A DNA stretch of 57,528 nucleotides. Source: a virus (Duplodnaviria; Caudoviricetes). This document shows positions 8,995 through 17,410 of this stretch, piece after piece. The DNA is taken from the IMG/VR virus record IMGVR_UViG_3300027746_000023, positions 1-57,528 of that record. The stretch is one strand, 5' to 3'. Numbering within the stretch: the stretch's first letter is position 1; each line of letters starts with the position of its first letter. A program made the position numbers and the translations under genes. A model generated the notes under the pieces. That model ran no database searches. It saw only the letters and a list, made by a program, of their open reading frames with translations, and was not told the origin of the DNA.

Positions 8995-10337
8995 GCGAGG
9001 CGCTTGGGTTCTTTGCCGGTGGCGTCGGCCCAACGTTGGATCGCCACGGCGACATAGGCGGGGCTGATTTCGATGGCACGGCATTTGCGGCCAAGCTGCT
9101 CGCACGCCATGATGGTGGTGCCGGAGCCGCTGAAGGGTTCGTATGCGAGGCCGGGCCATGCCGATATAATAAAAGCCGGAAGCTGTGGAGGGAAAATGGC
9201 TGGATGGTCAATGTCGTGGCCGCCAGTCATTCTGTTTATCCTGACAATGGAATCTGGTATTTTGCTTGATTGAGCAGACGCGTCAGGAGAAGAAAATTTC
9301 CGACATATGCCGTCCTTTCCGCGCATTGTAGATGCTCCTGTTTTTCTTGCTTTTATGTTTTCCGGCTTTTTGTCCAGAACCTTTCCAGCCCTGATTGCCG
9401 ACTTGTTGAAGTGGAAAATGAATTCATGCGAAGGCGCAAACCTGCCATTCCAATCTCCTGGCAGTCCGAATCCCTGATCCCACACATACCAACCGAACCG
9501 ACGCCACCCTTTATCACGCATCCAATCAATCCACTTTTCCCAATACGGAATCCACTCGCCCTCGCTGTGAATCAAACCAAGATTCACAAGCACCTGCCCA
9601 GCTTCAGACATAGGCAGCGCACCAAAGACGCCGCGCATCAGTTCGTCCCAATCAGAAACTTTTTCCGTCGCGGCGTCGCGGTAGTCGCGCTGCTGTCCGT
9701 AGGGCGGTGACGTAAAACAAATGTCCGCGCGCTCGCCTTTCATCAGCGCGCCCACATCCTTCTCGCTCGTTGAATCCCCACACAGCAACCGATGCTCGCC
9801 CAACTCCCAAAGCTGGCCCGTCTCCACGCCCCACTTGGCGCGGAGTTCTTCGGCTTTGTCGATCTGTGCTTCGGCGTCGGCGTCTGATTTTTCAGGTTCG
9901 TCCTCCATATCGAGGTCGGCAAGGTCTTCAGCGCCGAACCCAATCGCTTCGAGGTCAACATCCAGTTCTCCAAGGTCCGCCAGCTCGAGCTTAAGCATTT
10001 CTTCATCCCACCCACCGCCGATCTCCGCGAGGCGGTTGTCGGCGAGGATGTAGGCTCGGCGCTGCGTGTCGGTGAGGTGGCCGAGGCGGATGCAGGGGAC
10101 GGACTCGAGGGCGAGGGATTGAGCGGCGAGCACGCGACCGTGACCGGCGATGATGCCATTGTCCTTGTCGATGAGGACGGGGTTGGTAAAGCCGAATTCT
10201 TTTATACTTCCGCACAACTTTGAGATTTGAGCGGCGTCGTGCTTTTTCGCGTTATTTTTATATGGCGCCAAATCCGAAGGCTTCAAATGCTCAACAACAA
10301 TATTTGACAACGTTTCTTTTTTTGTGTTTTCTTTCAT
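8991..10337 (-). CDS. ParB-like domain plus N4/N6 DNA methyltransferase
   Basis: IIAGHGRVLAA, YILADNR; HRLLCGDST, TSPPY, HPAIFP, EPFSGSGTT. Confidence 0.92.
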   Translation of the reverse strand: MKENTKKETLSNIVVEHLKPSDLAPYKNNAKKHDAAQISKLCGSIKEFGFTNPVLIDKDNGIIAGHGRVLAAQSLALESVPCIRLGHLTDTQRRAYILADNRLAEIGGGWDEEMLKLELADLGELDVDLEAIGFGAEDLADLDMEDEPEKSDADAEAQIDKAEELRAKWGVETGQLWELGEHRLLCGDSTSEKDVGALMKGERADICFTSPPYGQQRDYRDAATEKVSDWDELMRGVFGALPMSEAGQVLVNLGLIHSEGEWIPYWEKWIDWMRDKGWRRFGWYVWDQGFGLPGDWNGRFAPSHEFIFHFNKSAIRAGKVLDKKPENIKARKTGASTMRGKDGICRKFSSPDASAQSSKIPDSIVRINRMTGGHDIDHPAIFPPQLPAFIISAWPGLAYEPFSGSGTTIMACEQLGRKCRAIEISPAYVAVAIQRWADATGKEPKRLA

Positions 10338-10339
10338 AT

Positions 10340-11002
10340 ATGACAAATGGATTTTGTGAATGTGGGTGTGGTGGACAAGCCAATAAAGGAAAAAGGTTTA
10401 TTTCTGGTCACAACGGTAGAGGCAGAAGAAAAAAATATGCTGAGCATGAATGCAGAAATTGCGGCGGGATTTTTGCTACTCGGCCACATATTAAGCAGAG
10501 AGTTTTTTGCTCTATTGATTGTCGAGATGGGTTTAGAAAAAAACTCACTGGCAGCAAAAACCCGATGTATAACAGGGCCGAAATGCCATGCAAAAATTGC
10601 GGTAAGTCTATGCAAGTCACTTCCGCCTATTTGCAAGGAAAGAAGGTTGGCTATTGCTCTAAAGAATGCGGAAAAGAGGCATTCAAAAAAAAGCTGGCTA
10701 CAGTAAAACGAACAACTAACAGGAGTGGAAAGCAATCCGCAAGAATTAGAGACGGAGGCAAGTGTGTTATTTGTGGATTCTCCTTTGTCACGGCGGTTCA
10801 CCACATAATTCCAAAAAGGAACGGAGGAACAGATCGCGTTGAAAACCTTGTCACGCTTTGCCCGAATCATCATTACATGGTCCACGCGAACCTAATTCCT
10901 CTTGATGAAATTAAAATTTACGGAAAACCGTTTTCCTATCCAGAAGGGGAAGTTGTTTTGCTTCGGGAAACAGAGAGAAGCTCCGTGCGATTTAGGGGTT
11001 AG
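10340..11002 (+). CDS. HNH endonuclease with zinc-finger repeats
   Basis: CECGCG, repeated CxxC/CSxxC, RDGGKCVICG, VHHIIP, NLVTLCPNHH; low GC. Confidence 0.88.
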   Translation: MTNGFCECGCGGQANKGKRFISGHNGRGRRKKYAEHECRNCGGIFATRPHIKQRVFCSIDCRDGFRKKLTGSKNPMYNRAEMPCKNCGKSMQVTSAYLQGKKVGYCSKECGKEAFKKKLATVKRTTNRSGKQSARIRDGGKCVICGFSFVTAVHHIIPKRNGGTDRVENLVTLCPNHHYMVHANLIPLDEIKIYGKPFSYPEGEVVLLRETERSSVRFRG

Positions 11003-11007
11003 CATTT

Positions 11008-11670
11008 TCATATTGCTTTTCGGATGATGGTCGTGAGGTTGTCGGCCCACTCGGCGAGGGTGGCTTCGATGGTTTTCTGCGGTTGGCCGTGAAGCCGGGT
11101 GGCGAGGGTCTTGGGCATGACTTCGAGGAGCTGCTTGGCGGTGATGTGCGGGCGGCTCGTGATGTCGCGCGCTTCGTCGTAGAAGAGGGTGATGGCTTCC
11201 TGGCGTTGCCAGTCTTTGAAATCCTTCTCGGCCTTGATGCGGTTGTTCCGGCTGGCGATGTAGATTTGGTTCGCCTTGCGGATGTCTTCGACTGAGCCAC
11301 CGTTGCGCTTGCAGATGACGAGTTCGTTGTAGCCGACCTTCTCGGCAAGGCGGGCGCGGCGGAGGGATTGGCGGGGCGTGTTGTCCTCGTCGTCCGGCTC
11401 GGGTGCGCTGTCGTGAACCGGTTGTGGTGGAGGAACTGGCAGAGGCTCGGCAGGCTCTGACACTCTCGGAGGTTCGGCGACCTTTGGGAGTTTCGGCGGA
11501 GGTGGCGGTGTGCCGCGTTGCCCACGCTTGGCACGGGGCGGTGCGTTCGATTCACGCCACGCCTGGGCAGCGTCCACGGAGGTCGTGGGCATGCCTTTCT
11601 TGACGAGGCGCGATACGACCGACTTGTCGATGCTTAGTGCGTTGCTTAATTCCGTGATGCCCACGGACAA
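11008..11670 (-). CDS. Terminase small subunit (putative)
   Basis: N-terminal Nu1-like wHTH (ELSNALSIDKSVVSRLVKKGMP), Pro-rich linker, helical C-terminus. Confidence 0.75.
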   Translation of the reverse strand: MSVGITELSNALSIDKSVVSRLVKKGMPTTSVDAAQAWRESNAPPRAKRGQRGTPPPPPKLPKVAEPPRVSEPAEPLPVPPPQPVHDSAPEPDDEDNTPRQSLRRARLAEKVGYNELVICKRNGGSVEDIRKANQIYIASRNNRIKAEKDFKDWQRQEAITLFYDEARDITSRPHITAKQLLEVMPKTLATRLHGQPQKTIEATLAEWADNLTTIIRKAI

Positions 11671-11707
11671 TGCAACGATGTCAAACTATGCAACGCTCAG
11701 GAAAGCA

Positions 11708-11755
11708 ACGAGCGACTGGCAAACTGCTTGGTTTGCTTGGGGTTATAGGATTCCT
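11708..11755 (-). other. Candidate cos site, phage A
   Basis: ACGAGCGACTGGCAAACTGC-N21-GATTCCT upstream of terS; 17/20 match at 47677-47696. Confidence 0.5.
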
Positions 11756-11768
11756 ATGTGGGGGGGTA

Positions 11769-12701
11769 TTATGCAAAGCTGATCTGGTGAGTGGTTGTAA
11801 TCCTGTCGCCCTTTTTTCTGTTCTCTGTTTTGTAAAGGGGGCGCAGGTTTGTGAAGTGTGTTGCGATTAACTGTTGATCCATTCGTGAAAGATCAAAAGC
11901 AGATAAGGGAATGATGTGGTCTATCTCCCAGATAATACCATGATTGCTCCAACTCATTCCTGGTTTGAATTGCTTTTCGATATGTCTCTTGGCCTGCTCT
12001 ATTGTGCAGCCAAGATAGGCGCTTGTGTTGCGGGATTTGATCGTGCGTGACGCATTGCAAATACGGTAAACATGGTTTCGCAATTTGTTTTTGATTCGCA
12101 AAATGCTGTTCGGTTTAGATTTTTTCCATCGTTTTGCAGCGGCATCTCGACTGCGCTTTCTTTCTCTCTCAAGATTGTTTTGATAGTAAAGAGATTGGGT
12201 TGAAAGATCAGGGTTCTTCATCTTTGCAATGATGAGGAATGAGCACTTATCCCAATAGGTATCGACGACGCCTCCCCAGTTATCATTCCACCATTGCTCT
12301 CCCGCATCTCTTTGCGCCTTACCGTTTTTAATAGATGCCGCCTTTGTCGCTTGGGATTTTGATAGCGTTGGTAGTGCATTCTCTTTTCTGAATTGGCAAA
12401 TGGTCGCTCTATCCCTGTTGACCAAATCCCCTGACATCTTACCGGCCATGCCGATGATAGCGTGGCAGGTAGCGCATTTGCGCCACGGTGGGAGTTCTAC
12501 AAATGCTGGCTTTCCTTTTCTTGCCTTCCCAATCTGAATGACAGCGCAGTTATGAGAGCAATACTTTGCAGCGCTCCTTGGCTTGAATAGCACACCGCAG
12601 ACGGGGCATGGGGTTGGTTGGAGTCTGCTCCACTTACGGCGATGCGTAGGAAGCCCAGCAGATAGCTCGATTTGACACGAGCCTGTTGTCGTTGTTTGCA
12701 C
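11769..12701 (-). CDS. HNH-type endonuclease
   Basis: YLGCT, GMSWSNHG, WEIDHIIPLS, HFTNLRPL, ENRKK; N-terminal CPVCG..YCS. Confidence 0.85.
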   Translation of the reverse strand: MQTTTTGSCQIELSAGLPTHRRKWSRLQPTPCPVCGVLFKPRSAAKYCSHNCAVIQIGKARKGKPAFVELPPWRKCATCHAIIGMAGKMSGDLVNRDRATICQFRKENALPTLSKSQATKAASIKNGKAQRDAGEQWWNDNWGGVVDTYWDKCSFLIIAKMKNPDLSTQSLYYQNNLERERKRSRDAAAKRWKKSKPNSILRIKNKLRNHVYRICNASRTIKSRNTSAYLGCTIEQAKRHIEKQFKPGMSWSNHGIIWEIDHIIPLSAFDLSRMDQQLIATHFTNLRPLYKTENRKKGDRITTTHQISFA

Positions 12702-12795
12702 GACAACGGCCGGGTGTCAAATTGAGGAGTCATCTTAATTTGCTCCCGGCATTTTCTTTTTCAACTGCGACAATTTCAAAGTGCGACAATTCATT

Positions 12796-13122
12796 TCACT
12801 TTTTGCAAGGTTGTGTGGAGCGCCACCTTTTCAAAGTGTCGGCAATTCTTTCGGATGTTTCACTTAATGAAAAACTGTGAGAGCCAAGGCAGTGCGAGGC
12901 TATTACTGCTAGGTCGTGGGCGATCTTCCGCGCCTCGTCGCGCTCGCGCTCAGTTTTCACGCCTTTCTCAATAATGGAATTCCTCGTGGATTTTTCCGCT
13001 GCGAGTAATGCGGCCAGCTCGTCGCGTTCGCGCTCCAGCCGCTGCGCCACCACACGCAGCACTGGCGACCAGTTGCCACCGGCTGCGATGACAGCGGCAT
13101 CTGTCTCTGATGTGTCGCTCAT
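12796..13122 (-). CDS. Hypothetical coiled-coil protein
   Basis: ERERDE motif twice; coupled to upstream gene. Confidence 0.65.
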   Translation of the reverse strand: MSDTSETDAAVIAAGGNWSPVLRVVAQRLERERDELAALLAAEKSTRNSIIEKGVKTERERDEARKIAHDLAVIASHCLGSHSFSLSETSERIADTLKRWRSTQPCKK

Positions 13123-13550
13123 TGCTTGTTAAGTAGTTCCCTCACGCGCTTTGCCTCGCGCTCCATTGGCTCGAGGAGATCGAGAGCGCGGGTGAGTTTG
13201 TCCTTGTCCCATTGCTGGATCTCGTCCGACATCTTGCGCTGCCACAAGATAAACGATTGCGACAAGCCCTCGATGGTGACAATGGCCTTTGTCTTGTCGG
13301 CAGGGTTGAGGGCGGGCTTGGCTTCAGGGAAGACGAGGCCGAGTTTAAGCTCTAGTTGTGCTTCTGTGTCTGCTGTGAACTCAATTCCCCACCTGTCGTT
13401 GCTGTAGTCGCGGGATTGTTGAAGCCACTTGGATGCGGCGCGCTTACAGATCAGGATGTCTCTATGAATATGTTTCCATTCGTCTGTGGTGAGGTTTTCT
13501 GGTAAGTTCATCCCGGCGAGGGTGAACATGGCTTGGTCGATTAGTTGCAT
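13119..13550 (-). CDS. Conserved hypothetical protein
   Basis: Homologous to 52441-53133 (VTIEG, LLEPM). Confidence 0.7.
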   Translation of the reverse strand: MQLIDQAMFTLAGMNLPENLTTDEWKHIHRDILICKRAASKWLQQSRDYSNDRWGIEFTADTEAQLELKLGLVFPEAKPALNPADKTKAIVTIEGLSQSFILWQRKMSDEIQQWDKDKLTRALDLLEPMEREAKRVRELLNKQ

Positions 13551-14071
13551 GATGTTTTCGTGGTTTGTGTTTTCAGTTTTGCGATTGCCGCCGCTTTTGC
13601 GGCAGTAAATGGGTCAGTTGCCTTGGCGCGGAATGTCTCGCGGCTTGCTTGGGATTTGCGGAATTTGGTGCACTCGAACGAACTATCCTTGCCGCTCAGG
13701 ACATCGCGGACGCCTAGCGTGTAGTGCGAGAGAAGCGCGCGGGTGACGCCCAGCTCGCGGGCGACTTCCGCCTGGGAGCGTGCGCCGTTGAGTTGGTCAA
13801 GACCGGATGCAAATGCCAGAGCGTGAGCCATCGCTGGCAGGTTGCTCGCTTTGAGCAAAAGGCCGATGACCTTGCCGAGGATAAGCGCTTGGTTCTTTCG
13901 CACTTCATTTTCCACATGTAGCAGGACAAGGCGCGCGGCGTTCACGCTGATGCCCAGCGAGTCGGCCAATATCTCTTCGGGGCTATCGATTTCGTCGGCG
14001 ATGTCTGGCCAATAAACGCCGCCGTTCTTTTCGAAGAGGCGGGCTGCTTCTGCGGGTGAGGCTGAGATCAT
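13541..14071 (-). CDS. HTH protein, candidate late regulator
   Basis: SQAEVARELGVTRALLSHY; homolog 53979-54551. Confidence 0.7.
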   Translation of the reverse strand: MISASPAEAARLFEKNGGVYWPDIADEIDSPEEILADSLGISVNAARLVLLHVENEVRKNQALILGKVIGLLLKASNLPAMAHALAFASGLDQLNGARSQAEVARELGVTRALLSHYTLGVRDVLSGKDSSFECTKFRKSQASRETFRAKATDPFTAAKAAAIAKLKTQTTKTSCN

Positions 14072-14262
14072 GTGAGGTGTTCGCTGATTATGGTTTTGAG
14101 GTTGTTATATTTGGAAATCTTGTCGAATTCGTCGCCGTGGATTTCGTAGGTGGTCCAGGCGTGAGCGCACTTGTTGCACTCGCGGCGGCGGTAGGTGTGT
14201 TCGTTGTTTTGGCGGCTGTCTAGGACGTGGCTAGTGTTGTGGCATTTAGGGCAGGGTTTCAT
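14068..14262 (-). CDS. NrdR N-terminal-like zinc ribbon protein
   Basis: CPKC..VLDSR..RRRECNKC..WTTYE. Confidence 0.8.
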   Translation of the reverse strand: MKPCPKCHNTSHVLDSRQNNEHTYRRRECNKCAHAWTTYEIHGDEFDKISKYNNLKTIISEHLT

Positions 14263-14447
14263 TCGTCAAATTGGCTGGTCAGGTGGTAGTTGTTGCAAAC
14301 TGGGCAAAAATAGACGCGCAGCTTGCGGTTCTTGTTTCGCCTGGCGGTCAGCAGTATTTTCAGATTGCTCTTGGCGGCTTTGAATGTCTTGAACCGGCGC
14401 TTGGACCAGCACATTTTCCACGCGATGAATGGAGGGACGGCTGTCAT
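14259..14447 (-). CDS. Small zinc-binding protein
   Basis: RVYFCPVCNNYHLTS. Confidence 0.65.
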   Translation of the reverse strand: MTAVPPFIAWKMCWSKRRFKTFKAAKSNLKILLTARRNKNRKLRVYFCPVCNNYHLTSQFDE

Positions 14448-15709
14448 TTTGCCTCCTCAAATCTGGCGATATGTCCGTGCATTCTGACCGGAATCGCCTT
14501 GTCGCGTTCTCCGTTGCGGTTCTTGTCTATGCGTAACACCTTGCCTTCTTCGCCTTTGGCGATGATCCACACATGGTCGGCATGGTGGGAAATGGCGCGC
14601 GATTCGCGGAGTCGGCCTTCGTCGTTGAGTTGGGACGCCGTGCCGACGGCGATGTCGAGTTGCAGGGCCAAGCCTTTGAGCCTGCGGGTGATCTCCGAGA
14701 CATGCTGCTCGCGCGTCTCGTTCTTTCCGAGGGTGCGCAAGGCAATGAGCTGGATGTAATCGACGATGAGCAGGTCGAGTTGACCTTTGCCGTGTGCCTC
14801 GCGGGCAGAGGCTTCGATGGATTCCCAGTCGGCAAAGTCCGATTCGATGCGGAGATTAGTCCGTTTAAACGCCGCAAGCGCCTGGTGCATGCGGGCGAGG
14901 TCTTGCTGGAGTATGCCTTCGGCTGCCGTCTTCACGCGATGGCCCGTAAAGTTCGACAACATCCTGCCAAAGACCTGCTTCGCCGGCATCTCCAGGCTGA
15001 ATAGGAGCACATGCTTGAGCTTTTCCGCCGCATCGAGGGCCACCTGTTGCAGGATGATCGATTTGCCGCCACTTGTCTCGGCCGCTACAACGAAGAGTTC
15101 GCCGCGCTTAGGTCCGCCGCCGGTCAGGGCGTCCAGTGACGGCAGGCGCGTCGAGAATGCCTCGGGCGGCTCGGTGCGCTCGATCTCGGCGAGCCACTCG
15201 TCCATCGTTTCGGCCAGCGTCTTGCGCGGGCGGTCCACAAGGGCCGAGATTTCAGCCAGTTCGCCCGAGAGCGCGGATATGTCGCCTTGCATCGTTCTAA
15301 ACGACACAGCGGCCTTGCTGGCGCAATCTTGGGCCTTCCTGTATCGGGCAGCGGTCAGGAGTTGCTCACGATACCAGAGCGCGGTTTTCGGGTCACCGGT
15401 AGGGAACACGCTAAGGATCTCCATCAGCGCCTGCGGTCCGCCAGCCGCGTCAAGTGTCCCGGCTCTCTCCATTTCGGAAAGGATCGTGAGTGCGTTAGAT
15501 GGTCCGCCGGTCTCGTGGCAACGCTTGGCCGCGGCCAAGATGATTTTGTGGGATTCGGAGAAAAACAGGTCGTCAGGCCAAGTCGTCAGGTCGAGCGTGC
15601 TCAAGTGCTGAACGATGCAAGAGAGCACGACACGCTCTGCCGTGTCGTTTCTCGGGACCGCTGGCGGCATCTGGATGATTCCGGCTTTTTCGGGTGTATA
15701 TGTCGGCAT
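14444..15709 (-). CDS. dnaB: Replicative DNA helicase, DnaB-like
   Basis: AAETSGGKS, FSLEM, IVDYIQL, ASQLN, LRESRAI, KNRNGE. Confidence 0.92.
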   Translation of the reverse strand: MPTYTPEKAGIIQMPPAVPRNDTAERVVLSCIVQHLSTLDLTTWPDDLFFSESHKIILAAAKRCHETGGPSNALTILSEMERAGTLDAAGGPQALMEILSVFPTGDPKTALWYREQLLTAARYRKAQDCASKAAVSFRTMQGDISALSGELAEISALVDRPRKTLAETMDEWLAEIERTEPPEAFSTRLPSLDALTGGGPKRGELFVVAAETSGGKSIILQQVALDAAEKLKHVLLFSLEMPAKQVFGRMLSNFTGHRVKTAAEGILQQDLARMHQALAAFKRTNLRIESDFADWESIEASAREAHGKGQLDLLIVDYIQLIALRTLGKNETREQHVSEITRRLKGLALQLDIAVGTASQLNDEGRLRESRAISHHADHVWIIAKGEEGKVLRIDKNRNGERDKAIPVRMHGHIARFEEAK

Positions 15710-15715
15710 GATATT

Positions 15716-16174
15716 TTAGAGGCAGCGTTGTGGTTCGCGATTGGGAGTCGAAGACTCCCTATTATTCTTCTCTTCTCTGGTTACGGACTTGTTACGCTCT
15801 GAGCGTAACTTTTCCGTAACGGCATCGTGACCGCGTTTTTTGGCCATTCTTGCGCCTGCAAGCGCCCTATCTTTAGCGGTTTGGCTGTTGTGTCGGTCGA
15901 AGTTTGTGAACTCGATTTTGTCGCCTTTTATGCGAATCCATCCGCAAGTTGCCATCGCTTCGTCGAAGACTCCGCAGCCAGTAATTTCTCGGATGACACG
16001 CAGCGCCGTAACACTTGTTACGCCGTCAGCGTAACAATTCCGTGACGCCCACGCCCAAACTTTCAGAAGCTTCCCGACCACCGTGTCGATGTCCATTTTG
16101 GTCTGGTCAGCAATAGCCGCCACCTCGATCTTTTCGTGCAGGTGGTTTTCCACCTTTATCCATTCTCCAGCCAT
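15716..16174 (-). CDS. Replication initiator-like protein (short)
   Basis: MAGEWIKV, VVGKLLKVWAWA, NFDRHN..TAKDRA; upstream of helicase. Confidence 0.7.
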   Translation of the reverse strand: MAGEWIKVENHLHEKIEVAAIADQTKMDIDTVVGKLLKVWAWASRNCYADGVTSVTALRVIREITGCGVFDEAMATCGWIRIKGDKIEFTNFDRHNSQTAKDRALAGARMAKKRGHDAVTEKLRSERNKSVTREEKNNRESSTPNREPQRCL

Positions 16175-16177
16175 AAG

Positions 16178-16435
16178 TTATTTCATCCTCCTGCGTTCCC
16201 AGCGTTCCACCCTGCGTTCAAATTTCGTCCAGCGCATGTATTCCATGTCTGTCATAGCTCCGTCTTTGTGGAGCCAGTGCGCGAATGCCGATGCCTGCGT
16301 CGCCATGCTCCAGCCGGTTGTGTCAAGGTGGTGCCTGGACTCAAAGACCTCGCACGGCCATTGTTTGAGACGCTGCCGCCAATAGCGGTGCTTTTCCTCG
16401 TTTGGGAGTTTGCCAAAGAGATCGAGTTGAATCAT
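16178..16435 (-). CDS. Hypothetical protein
   Basis: 85 aa in operon. Confidence 0.6.
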   Translation of the reverse strand: MIQLDLFGKLPNEEKHRYWRQRLKQWPCEVFESRHHLDTTGWSMATQASAFAHWLHKDGAMTDMEYMRWTKFERRVERWERRRMK

Positions 16436-16854
16436 TTCAGCGCCTCCAGTCGCATTTTGTCCGCAGGCAGGCCGATGCCTGAGCAGTCTCCGAGTGCTTT
16501 GCAGAGATCGCGGTAAAAATTAGAGTTTAAGAATGCAATCGCGGTGCGTTGGTAGCGTTCGCGGTTGTTTTTGAGATTGTTCCGCAGGTAGTCGCGGTCG
16601 TTTTTCGCGTCGAGCACGGCTTGGCGGATCATGGCGCAGAGCAGCCGCCGGGTATACATGAGTTCGTTGTCTACTTGCTCGTCAGGTGAAATTTGTGGCA
16701 AATCGGGCATGCATATCTTCGCAGACTCTTCTTGCGGTTGCGGCGGGCGAGCCGCACTTCGGCGAGCTTGAGCGCGACCGTGCGCTCGCTGGGGTATGCC
16801 TTCTTTGATAGGCACATGTCCCATATTGTTTCTGGTGCGTATTCTCTCACTCAT
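16432..16854 (-). CDS. Hypothetical protein
   Basis: 140 aa; LLCAMIRQAVLDA; coupled starts and stops. Confidence 0.65.
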   Translation of the reverse strand: MSERIRTRNNMGHVPIKEGIPQRAHGRAQARRSAARPPQPQEESAKICMPDLPQISPDEQVDNELMYTRRLLCAMIRQAVLDAKNDRDYLRNNLKNNRERYQRTAIAFLNSNFYRDLCKALGDCSGIGLPADKMRLEALK

Positions 16855-17042
16855 TTCGTTTTCTTCCCATGGTGGGTCTCGATGTATTTGCGGACGCGCT
16901 CCATATCAGCCTCCGCCTGTTGACGTTCCTCCAGCGCGTAAGTGTGCTGGTAGGCAGGCAACGGCACGCCGCGCTCAAGCCTCGGGCCGATAGGGCAGGC
17001 GTTGGCGCAGATTGCTAGGCGGAGGGTGATTTCAGGGAGCAT
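16851..17042 (-). CDS. Hypothetical protein (MLPEITLRLAIC)
   Basis: Plausible coding part of ORF 16851-17420, downstream of the array. Confidence 0.55.
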   Translation of the reverse strand: MLPEITLRLAICANACPIGPRLERGVPLPAYQHTYALEERQQAEADMERVRKYIETHHGKKTK

Positions 17043-17083
17043 TCTTAGATATTGGTTTTTTGTGTTTTGTGATTTTTTGCATT

Positions 17084-17404
17084 GGTAAACTGCGGCACCC
17101 CGTAAGATGCCGTGTGTTTGCCATGCCCCGCCAAGCCGCGCCCCGCCTAGCCACGCCCCGCCGGGCCTGGCCGCGCCGCGCCGCGCCAAGGCAAACTTCT
17201 GCACCTCCAAAGAGATGCAGTGTGTTTGCCAAGCCTCGCCGCGCCATGCCTTGCCCCGCCGCGCCTTGCCATGCCTCGCCAAGCCGTGTCGAGCAAACTT
17301 CTGCACCTCCGAAGAGATGCAGTGTGTTTGCCATGCCGCGCCGTGCCTTGCCACGCCTCGCCTTGCCATGCCTCGCCGCGCCCCGCCGCGCCTCGCCGCG
17401 CCAT
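17084..17404 (-). ncRNA. Three-unit (GGC-NN)n plus hairpin array, putative guide RNAs (VIPR-like)
   Basis: 5-nt period tracts at 17330-17404, 17228-17292 and 17120-17189, each followed on minus by a GGCAAACACA..GTTT hairpin with compensatory changes. Confidence 0.85.
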
Positions 17405-17410
17405 GAAAAA

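Noticed and set aside
17084-17404. Canonical CRISPR array with ~40-nt repeats
   Set aside because: The intervening segments are 60-75 nt periodic GGC-NN tracts, not unique spacers, and no adaptation genes are present.
17120-17404. Simple slippage microsatellite
   Set aside because: GGC is almost invariant while NN varies freely; slippage would homogenise the whole pentamer.
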